NCBI GenBank assembly: GCA_977020255.1
Contig: CDROCS010002027.1
Location: 248,001 to 312,000, forward strand
Length of the DNA: 64,000 nt
DNA from: Obrimoposthia wandeli
Lineage: Eukaryota
Direction of reading: 5' to 3'
Under the pieces are notes generated by a model. It ran no database searches. It saw only the letters and a list, made by a program, of their open reading frames with translations, and was not told where the DNA came from. Position 1 is the first letter of the stretch, and each line of letters opens with the position of its first letter. The position numbers and the translations under genes are program-made. Positions 9,108 to 18,317 of this stretch are shown here, one piece after another.

Positions 9108-11462
9108 CTAACTCGTTTTGTTGGTTAGTAAACGTATGCCATTTGCAACCACAAGTATACTCGCACCTACATCTGCAAATACTGCCATCCACATATCACC
9201 ATAGCCTACTATGGTAATACCCAAAAACAGCACTTTAACCGCTATTGCAAAGCTTATATTTTGTACCAGAATCGTATGTACTTTTTTCGACAACATGATA
9301 AATTCAGGAATTTTACGTAAGTCATCATCCATTAAGGCAACATCTGCCGTTTCTATAGCAGTGTCAGCACCTAATGCTCCCATGGCAAAACCTAAGTCTG
9401 ACTTTGCCAATGCCGGTGCATCATTTATACCATCCCCCACCATGGCAACAATACATTGCGCTGCTGGTTTCAACTCTGAATCGCTGCTGTGAATGCGCCC
9501 ACTTTGTAATTGCTCAACAATTTTTAGTTTATCTTCTGGGAACAACTCACCCTCTGCCCTATCAATACCCACCTGCTTAGCGATCACGTTAGCTGTATAC
9601 TTGTTATCCCCAGATAACATAATCGTTTTTACATTCAACTTGTGCAGCGCCTGAATCGCTTGTTCGCTTTCTTTTTTTACAGTATCAGCCACCGCAAACA
9701 GAGCTATTATTTGGCTATCTGACATAAGTAAATTTAAGGTTTTGCCTTGCTTTTCATATTCAGCACATAACAATTCATCTCTGGCGGTTAATAGATTTAA
9801 TTTAGCTGCCAATCTAACGGTGCCAAAATAATACTGCTGCCCCAAAACCTTGCCTTGAATACCACTACCTAACATAGCTTTAAAATCATCGACTACTAGC
9901 ACTTGCATCTCTTGCGCGGTTAACTGCGATTGTAAGCCTGTTGTAATTGCAGCTGATACTGGGTGATCTGATCGACTGGTTAAACTCACGGCTAACTGCT
10001 TAGTGAAAGACTCATCATCTCTGGCTTTATTAAGCAGTAAGTAGTCACATAAAACTGGCTTACCTTGTGTAATCGTGCCCGTTTTATCTAAGGCTAACCA
10101 TTGAATGTGCCTACCTTGTTCTAAATGCACACCGCCTTTTACGAGTATGCCGCGTCTAGCTGCTGCTGTTAACCCACTAACAACGGTGACGGGTGTAGAT
10201 ATAACAAGCGCACACGGACAAGCGATAACCAGTAACACTAGTGCTTTATATGCCCATTCTTGCCAATCGCCTGCAAAGAACAAAGGCATTATTACTGCAA
10301 TACCAACGGCTATCACAAACACTATCGGGGTATATATTCTGGCGAATTTATCAATAAAGCGCTGTATCGGTGCTTTATCGCTTTGCGCTTGCTCAACCAC
10401 TTTGATGATTGAAGCAAGTGTTGTGTCTGTAGTTATCGCTGTAACTTTAAATTCAAATGATCCTGTGCCATTTATGGTACCTGCGTAAACGGTATCCCCT
10501 TCACCTTTGTCCACAACAATGCTTTCACCGGTAATAGGTGCCTGATCGACACTTGAATTTCCTTGAGTGATCACACCGTCTAAACTAATACGCTCACCTG
10601 GTTTTATTCTAACAACCGCGCCTTTAATAATACTTTTAGTGTCTACTTCACTCCAACGACCATCTGCTTGTAAAACAGTAGTTAACGCAGGGCTTAATTC
10701 TAATAACCCACGAATAGCGTTGCCCGCCTTTTGCAACGAATTTTGTTCAATCAGCTCAGCCAAACTAAACAGCACCATCACCATGGCAGCTTCAGGCCAT
10801 TCCCCTAAAATGAAGGCACCTGTCACCGCGATACTCATGAGCGCATTAATATTAAGGTTCAAGTTAATGATTGATACCCAACCCTTTTTGTAGGTTTCAA
10901 TACCACATAATCCTATGGCAATGGCAGCAAATGCCATCGATAACCAATAATAATCTCCTAACCAACCTACCGCTTCACTACAAAAGCCCAATACTGCTGC
11001 AATCGTTAACCAAAGATACCTTCCTTTAGGCTGCTCTATTTTCAAAGGCTCATCCCCAAAATTAACTTCTGGCGTATACCCTAATGATCGAATACCGGCT
11101 AGCGCACCTTCAAGTGCTTCTTCAGTGTGCACCACCGTTAACACTCGATTTAAAAGTTTGAAATCCAAAGACACAATGCCTTTCATATCCGCTAATTTAC
11201 CCCGAATCAAACGCTCTTCTGTAGGGCAGTCCATTTGTAAAATACGAATATCTGTTTTTATGCCTTCAGCGGTCACTTGTGAGGCTGAGATCGGTGTTAG
11301 ATCAACACCGTTTTGGTCATGGTGTGTGTGAGGGCAGCATGTATCACGACCATTTTCTAAATTTGACCCATCAGCCTGTTGCTCATTTTCAGCAAGGGAA
11401 AGATCTTCGCAAACAGATTCTTGTTCATTGTTCTGTTCTTTGTGAAGGCTGATTAAACTCAT
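9108..11462 (-). CDS. cadA: Heavy-metal (Cd/Zn/Pb) P1B-type ATPase
   Basis: HMA MDCPTEE, TGES, CPC in ACPCALV, DKTGT, GDGINDAP; divergent from a MerR regulator. Confidence 0.95.
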   Translation of the reverse strand: MSLISLHKEQNNEQESVCEDLSLAENEQQADGSNLENGRDTCCPHTHHDQNGVDLTPISASQVTAEGIKTDIRILQMDCPTEERLIRGKLADMKGIVSLDFKLLNRVLTVVHTEEALEGALAGIRSLGYTPEVNFGDEPLKIEQPKGRYLWLTIAAVLGFCSEAVGWLGDYYWLSMAFAAIAIGLCGIETYKKGWVSIINLNLNINALMSIAVTGAFILGEWPEAAMVMVLFSLAELIEQNSLQKAGNAIRGLLELSPALTTVLQADGRWSEVDTKSIIKGAVVRIKPGERISLDGVITQGNSSVDQAPITGESIVVDKGEGDTVYAGTINGTGSFEFKVTAITTDTTLASIIKVVEQAQSDKAPIQRFIDKFARIYTPIVFVIAVGIAVIMPLFFAGDWQEWAYKALVLLVIACPCALVISTPVTVVSGLTAAARRGILVKGGVHLEQGRHIQWLALDKTGTITQGKPVLCDYLLLNKARDDESFTKQLAVSLTSRSDHPVSAAITTGLQSQLTAQEMQVLVVDDFKAMLGSGIQGKVLGQQYYFGTVRLAAKLNLLTARDELLCAEYEKQGKTLNLLMSDSQIIALFAVADTVKKESEQAIQALHKLNVKTIMLSGDNKYTANVIAKQVGIDRAEGELFPEDKLKIVEQLQSGRIHSSDSELKPAAQCIVAMVGDGINDAPALAKSDLGFAMGALGADTAIETADVALMDDDLRKIPEFIMLSKKVHTILVQNISFAIAVKVLFLGITIVGYGDMWMAVFADVGASILVVANGIRLLTNKTS

Positions 11463-11494
11463 AGTAATTTCCTAAAATATTTTGTATGCTGATC

Positions 11495-11525
11495 ATTAAA
11501 CTCTCTAAAGCCACTTCAGGGTCAA
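11495..11525 (-). promoter_or_regulatory. MerR-type cadA promoter/operator with 19-bp spacer
   Basis: Minus strand TTGACC-CTGAAGTGGCTTTAGAGAG(19 bp)-TTTAAT; imperfect dyad CTGAAG/TTTAG as in CadR/PbrR operators. Confidence 0.85.
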
Positions 11526-11600
11526 GGCTTATATTCATTTCAATTTAATAAATTTTTTTCATTAATCTTTAACGCTTATCCACACTAACAGGAGTTTCAC

Positions 11601-12050
11601 ATGAAGATAGGCGAACTGGCTAAAAAACTAAACTGCACTGTGGAAACTATTAGATATTACGAAAAAATAGGTTTAATTCCAGCCAGCATCAGAGATCAAA
11701 ACAATAATTATCGCCACTACAATCAAAGTCATATTGAAAAACTCACTTTTGTAAGGCATTGTCGGGCATTAGCGATGAGCCATGAAGAGATCTTAGAATT
11801 ACAAAAAGCGCGAGCACAAAGCGGCCAAAGCTGCCACGAAATCGATAAAGTGATCGATAATCATTTATTACATGTCAGCGCTAGAATTATTGAACTTCAA
11901 GCATTAGAAGAGCAACTACTTGAACTTCGTAAACAATGCCTTACACCTGGCAGCAGTGAAAACTGTGGTATTATTCAAGGACTAGATACCCCTTTAATAG
12001 AATCACTTAATATCGATAACAACGTAAGCCATGTAACGGGAAGCCATTAA
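11601..12050 (+). CDS. cadR: Cd(II)/Pb(II)-responsive MerR family regulator
   Basis: MKIGELAK...VETIRYYEKIGL, FVRHCR-x-L-x-M, Cys residues (SCHEI, QC, NCGII), His-containing tail. Confidence 0.93.
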   Translation: MKIGELAKKLNCTVETIRYYEKIGLIPASIRDQNNNYRHYNQSHIEKLTFVRHCRALAMSHEEILELQKARAQSGQSCHEIDKVIDNHLLHVSARIIELQALEEQLLELRKQCLTPGSSENCGIIQGLDTPLIESLNIDNNVSHVTGSH

Positions 12051-12361
12051 ATTAACCCTGTGCCTTTATGGTCGGTATTAGATAATATGCCGCTGGTCAC
12101 TATGTGATAAAAACCTCATAGGAAGTAATAAATACCAAATTTTGCTTTTTTCGCAGAGGAATATAGCCAAGTATTCGTTTATCCAAGACAAATAGAGTTT
12201 TCCGCAAGCGCGCTCTATTTAAGTGCCTGTAGATGTATTATGATGCTATTTTTCAAAAATCCGCTTTCTTTATATTTTATCCATCAACCAAGTACCTAGT
12301 ATTTATTTGATACTTGGGAATATTTAGAATTGAATAAAGCTAACACATCACATAGTTAATT

Positions 12362-12847
12362 ATGCCGAAGATTATCTCCATCGAATCAACTAAATTTAAG
12401 CTCACTGATAAAGATAGACAGTTGCTTATGTTACTACAAATAAATGCACGAGAATCCAATGCTTCTTTGGCCCGAAAAATAGGCGTATCTAGAGCTACGG
12501 TACAAGAGCGGCTGCATAAATTAGAAAGCGCCGGTATTATTGAAGGTTACGGTGTAAGAATTAATCCACAGAGTTTGCATCGTAATATCGACGCCATTGT
12601 GATGTTGGTAGCTGAAAACAAATCGTTTGAAGAAACTTTTATGCAAATGGAAAAAATGCCCTACATCCAAACAATTCACTCGTTAAGTGGTGAATGGGAT
12701 TGGTCTATTTTTATTTCGGCGCCAACGCTAGAAGAGTTTCATCAGTGCATTACTCAAATGAATGAACTAGCAGGTGTTAAATCAACTGTTTCACATATCA
12801 TTATGAAAACGCGCTTAGATCGCAAGAACGATATTAAGAACCTGTAA
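12362..12847 (+). CDS. Lrp/AsnC family transcriptional regulator
   Basis: LTDKDRQLL-x-LLQ-x-NAR...V-x-ERL-x-KLE-x-x-GII-x-GY; C-terminal SGEWD. Confidence 0.92.
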   Translation: MPKIISIESTKFKLTDKDRQLLMLLQINARESNASLARKIGVSRATVQERLHKLESAGIIEGYGVRINPQSLHRNIDAIVMLVAENKSFEETFMQMEKMPYIQTIHSLSGEWDWSIFISAPTLEEFHQCITQMNELAGVKSTVSHIIMKTRLDRKNDIKNL

Positions 12848-12902
12848 TACAGTTATCAGCCAAAAACACTAGGTGGCCGATAACTGCTTGAGCTAATTCG
12901 TA

Positions 12903-14042
<1,140 letters not shown>

Positions 14043-14387
14043 TCATTAAATTTATAACAACAGGACTATTCAACATCTCTATTGATCAAGATTGACTTAC
14101 ATGTATACCGCTTTCATGGCTATTGATCAATCACTGGCAGATCAAGCTACAATGAAGTGAACATTCATTCTATTCTCAGTCAGCCTAATTTAACAAATCA
14201 TGAGCCCCTTGAATAGTAGATTTTCTATCTAGAACACAATTGCTATTCACAACAATAGCGACCAAGCTCTTTTCTAAAGAGCTTATCGTTATAGGGTACT
14301 AGTACTTTTTTTATTTAGTTTTACTTGACCCTCCTTGAGTGCTAATTAGATACTGCTGTAATTATTTATTATCAAGGGTTTATAGCT

Positions 14388-15323
14388 GTGAGTAAAATTG
14401 AGAATATTACTATATTAGGTGCTGGCACTATTGGCATGAGCTGGGCTGCCTTATTTTTAGCCACAGGGCGAAAAGTGTGTGTTTACGACCCCGCTAAAGA
14501 TATAAAAGCAAGAATGCACCATTTTATTGAAGAAGCGGCGCCGACATTACAAGCACTAGGCTGGGAACTTGCTGGTAATACCGATCTTTTAAGTTTCAAT
14601 GATAATCCTGCTGATGCTGTAAAAGGCGCTGACTTTATTCAAGAAAGCATCCCTGAGCGCATAGATTTAAAGCATACACTGTATCAAGCTATTGAGAAAA
14701 ACTTAGGCACTAATACTATTGTGGCTACCTCTACCTCAGGTTTACAGTTATCAGCATTACAAGAAGGATTCAAAGATCCAAGTAAACTGATTCTTGCTCA
14801 CCCATTCAACCCACCTCATCTGATTCCTTTAGTCGAGTTAATGATAAATGAGCGCTCTAACAAACAGTATTTAGTTGCGGCTGAATCCTTCTATCAAAGC
14901 ATTGGTAAACAGACCATCCACTTGAACAAAGAAGTACCTGGCCATATCGCCAACCGCTTACAAGCTGCACTTTGGCGTGAAAGCATTCATCTGCTCAAAG
15001 AAGGTGTTGCCAGTCTTGAAGATATTGATAAAGCCGTTGCTTACGGTCCTGGATTACGCTGGGCAGCACTTGGCCCCAGCTCATTGTTTCATTTAGGTGG
15101 TGGTGAAAAAGGCATAGCAGGTTTTTGTGAGCACATAGGTCCTCCAATGCAAAGCTGGTGGGACGATTTAGGCGATGCTAGTTTTGATGAAGAAACCATA
15201 AAGCTGTTAGTCGATGGAATGGCCGATATCACCAAAGCAACAAGCACCGAGCAATTAAAAATAAAGAGAGACAAGTTAGTGCTCGCTTTCGTACAAGACA
15301 TTAATAATCTGCAAGATACTTAA
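14388..15323 (+). CDS. 3-hydroxyacyl-CoA dehydrogenase family (carnitine dehydrogenase/lambda-crystallin-like)
   Basis: GAGTIG Rossmann motif, QESIPE, STSG, HPFNPPHLIPLVE, GHIANRLQAALWRE, GPGLRWA; GTG start. Confidence 0.88.
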   Translation: MSKIENITILGAGTIGMSWAALFLATGRKVCVYDPAKDIKARMHHFIEEAAPTLQALGWELAGNTDLLSFNDNPADAVKGADFIQESIPERIDLKHTLYQAIEKNLGTNTIVATSTSGLQLSALQEGFKDPSKLILAHPFNPPHLIPLVELMINERSNKQYLVAAESFYQSIGKQTIHLNKEVPGHIANRLQAALWRESIHLLKEGVASLEDIDKAVAYGPGLRWAALGPSSLFHLGGGEKGIAGFCEHIGPPMQSWWDDLGDASFDEETIKLLVDGMADITKATSTEQLKIKRDKLVLAFVQDINNLQDT

Positions 15324-15369
15324 GCTAAGGAAGGCACGATTAAGTCCCTTTCATGACAGAAAAGTGCTC

Positions 15370-16045
15370 AAATTTTGACAAGGTCCTTTTCAAAATAAAT
15401 AATGACGTTTCTACAAAATATAAAGATAAAAAGACCGTGCATTGGTCAATCTTCCATTAGACTTAGGTATTTGCACGCAATCATCTGCATTAGGGCTCCA
15501 CTTACCTTCACTTGGTCCGTTTGAGCCCTTGTCCTTTTAAAAACCATTTTCGTAGGACACTTTTTAGTAGTTTGTTAACTCGATCAAGTGAATACATTCC
15601 GAATGCAGCACTGTCCAATACTTTTGAATCAATATCCTTCGCCAGTATTCGCAAATCGCAGCTAGATAGTAGAATCAAGCAAAATCATCGCCATATTATA
15701 AGACTCTTTCCCGAGAGAACAATCTGCAGACCAAATACGTAATCGCCGTGCACCACGCGCTGACAATTTTGGCAATATGGTCTGATTAATAAAATCGATA
15801 TGATGTCGTTCTCTGAAAATGACCTCAAATTAGTAGTCATTGCATTGATAAACTGCGTAAATTCAACTAAATCACTATCAAGATAACGCAGGTATTCATC
15901 GAAACTATCGATTTTAAATTCTCTAAGGTGCCTCACTAAACGGTTGTTGACCATGGCTTTCTTATGATCGGCGAGTACTATACCTGCATAATCATAGAGT
16001 TCGTCCCTGATCCATATAAAATGCTTGGTTGAGAAAGTAAAAAAC
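15370..16045 (-). pseudogene. cheR: cheR chemotaxis methyltransferase pseudogene
   Basis: Fragments across frames: YAGIVLADHKKAMV-x-NRL; TTNL-x-SF/FRE-x-HH; RLRIWSA-x-CS-x-GKE-x-Y; RILA-x-DID; L(M)ED*PMHGLF-x-FIFCRNVIIYF; at least 3 frameshifts and a stop. Confidence 0.88.
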
Positions 16046-16129
16046 AATACTGCAAACCATTTTGTATTATGAGAACAACAGCCGATAACTTGCCTCCTTA
16101 CTTGTGTGGATTGAATAATCACTGCTCAC

Positions 16130-16161
16130 AAAAAAGCCTCTATATTGTTACAGAGGCTTTT
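16130..16161 (-). terminator. Intrinsic terminator after PAP2 gene (possibly bidirectional)
   Basis: AAAAGCCTCT...AGAGGCTTTT stem with flanking A/T tracts. Confidence 0.7.
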
Positions 16162-16229
16162 GATTCAATTATGAGTGTAATGATTTGATAACCCAGTGAT
16201 GAGGATTTTTCATTCCCAGAAAAGATCAA

Positions 16230-17018
16230 CTATCGTTGTATAAATGCATCGATGCTTTTACTTATTTTATTTAGTAGGGGCAGATTTGTAAGTTTAATAA
16301 CAAAATTAAACAAAGGGCGTAGTAGTGGGGTATGTAGCCCTAATGACAAGGCAAAAAGTGCAACAACTCCACCACCAACAAGGTTATCGCTTAAAGCGTG
16401 AGCGCCGACAAAAAGCCTTGGTAGCGTTAATAATAAACAGAGAATGATAATAATAAAGCTAAATTTATTGCGTACTTGGATTAAACAATAGCCAATAAAA
16501 AGGAATAAAATACCTGCATGATCACCAGGCATCGATTTATCGGCGCGATCCTTTACTGGAATTTCAGGGTAAAAATCGCCTAAAAAAATCGCATCACTAA
16601 AGCGTATTGACGGACCGGCATGATTTAATTGATAGAAATCAATTATATAATGAAATTCAATTCTAACTAATGTAAAGAAGAGCACCAAAATAATGAAGCA
16701 GCCTAATCCCGCTAAATTTTTTCCTTTTTGAAAAACTAAACCAGGTGTTAATAATATTGCGCCAAGTATGATGGCAACAAAGACGTCGATCGTTCTCAAA
16801 TTAGCGTATGCCCAAAAGCCATTCCAAAGCGTTCGGTTATTCTCGCCATCACCATTTAACGATTGATTGAGAAGTTCAAACGTCCAGATATCAATATTAG
16901 TCCAAATAGCAAAGCTTGGCGGGTAAAGCCAACTGAGAAAAAGTATTAATAAAATCAATTGGAAGGTGATAAATGCTTTTAGGTTGAAAGTAGGATTAAT
17001 AGTATGGGGAGATATCAT
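16230..17018 (-). CDS. PAP2-family membrane phosphatase/phosphotransferase (LpxT/YeiU-like)
   Basis: SMPGDH (C2) and PRLFVGAH-x-x-SD (C3) motifs; several TM helices. Confidence 0.8.
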   Translation of the reverse strand: MISPHTINPTFNLKAFITFQLILLILFLSWLYPPSFAIWTNIDIWTFELLNQSLNGDGENNRTLWNGFWAYANLRTIDVFVAIILGAILLTPGLVFQKGKNLAGLGCFIILVLFFTLVRIEFHYIIDFYQLNHAGPSIRFSDAIFLGDFYPEIPVKDRADKSMPGDHAGILFLFIGYCLIQVRNKFSFIIIILCLLLTLPRLFVGAHALSDNLVGGGVVALFALSLGLHTPLLRPLFNFVIKLTNLPLLNKISKSIDAFIQR

Positions 17019-17327
17019 TATGAAGAACCTCCATTCATTAACATCGCAAAATAAATAAAAGATACAGACACCTAAATCAACAGAAAAGCCATTGTTTTAG
17101 AATAATAAATAATTAAGGTAATGAAAGTATCACAGAAGCACCCAAAGAAATAAACAGTGACTGTCCATTTTTTGAGCCAAGTCACTTAAATTTAAAGTCC
17201 TAGAACTTTTGTTTCCCTTGTTCAAAAACAATCTCAACAGGAAGATTAGCGATTTCTAACTTACAAAACTGCGATTAAGTCCCAGACATGAAATAATAGC
17301 AGCCTAATTTAGTCTAAGGTCAAATCA

Positions 17328-17859
17328 ATGGAACAGCAGCTAGGTTTTTCAGAGCTAGAGTTAAGACAAAACCACCACAGAACGCGTAAAGAGGCTTGCC
17401 TAGCCAAAATGGAAAACTTAATTCCTGGGCATAGGCTTGTAAAACTGATTGAGCCTCACTACCCTAAAGCAGGAAGTGGGCGCAGACCTTACCCACTAGA
17501 AACTATGTCACGTGTTCACTGCTTGCAGCAATGCAATGATATAACCTCAGCGATGCTGCGACAGAAGATTCGCTTTACGAAATAACTTCAATGAGGCGTT
17601 TTCCGCATTTGTCATTAGATCGATCTATTCCAGATCATACGACTATCATGAGTTTTCGTCACTTACTAGAAGGCATAATTTAGGGCATAAAATTTGCGAT
17701 GCTATCAATCAATTTCTTGAAGGCTCAGGGGTTTTGATGAAAGCAGGTAGCTCAATAGATTCGGCTATTATTGAAGCGCCATCTTCGATTAAGAATAAGT
17801 TAAATAAACGCGACCTGAGATGCACCAAACAAAGAAAGGTAATCAATGGCACTTTGGGA
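17328..17859 (+). pseudogene. IS5 transposase pseudogene (N-terminal ~half)
   Basis: TRKE...LIP...LIEPHYPKAGSGRRPYPLETM, YNLSD...EDSLYEI-x-SMR...PDHTTIM-x-FRHLLE, IIEAPSS-x-KNK, RD(P)EMHQTKKGNQWHFG; several frameshifts. Confidence 0.92.
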
Positions 17860-18040
17860 GTGCGACCTGAAAGTCGCTTGTATTTCTGTTTCGCAGGGTA
17901 CGTCCACCTGACGAAACCGGTTGTTTCACCAACCGTTCCCTACCCGGACGTGCGGAGCCGGGAACAGCACCGTGCGAAGCTTCGGGGACAATGTAACCGC
18001 CGACACAATCGGTATGTCGATCCGTGAGGATAGCTCCGTC
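17860..18040 (+). mobile_element. 5' fragment (partial domain I) of a group II intron, IIB/chloroplast-like class
   Basis: Starts GTGCGACCTGAAAGTCGC exactly where the transposase reading stops; GC-rich hairpins (CGGTTG..CAACCG, CCCGG..CCGGG, CGACA..TGTCG); no RT ORF, domain V or domain VI. Confidence 0.78.
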
Positions 18041-18317
18041 AAAATTCAAAATTCAGCTTAAAACAAGCTGAATTAGCTCATCTAAACAGATGATTAAACC
18101 GAATATAGCAACGAAATTCGTCTACGAAGTTATACATGGAGAGATTTTTGCACTTAATCGCTGCTTCCCTCCCTAAGTTATTAATGCTGACCAACAGCAA
18201 TGTATATAGCCAAGAGCCTAAATATACTGCTTTGTGATTGAGCATTTACTACCCTTTAAAATTTATTTCCCGTAAAATCTATCGCCCTTACCCTAAAGCT
18301 AACAAAGACTTCATCTT

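Larger units (their letters stand above)
17263..18168 (+). mobile_element. Degenerate IS5-family (IS5 subgroup) element with internal deletion
   Basis: Imperfect TIRs: left AAAACTGCGATTAAGT (~17265-17280), right ACTTAATCGCTGCTTCC (18152-18168); transposase relic inside. Confidence 0.8.

Noticed and set aside
12050-12361. Gap between cadR and the Lrp gene as the remnant of a deleted Lrp target
   Set aside because: Translation of the minus strand gave no recognisable fragment; only one modest hairpin
17734-18049. ORFs 17734..18027 (+) and 17843..18049 (-)
   Set aside because: The first is a transposase fragment reading into intron RNA; the second is the antisense of the GC-rich intron fragment. 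Neither is a credible gene
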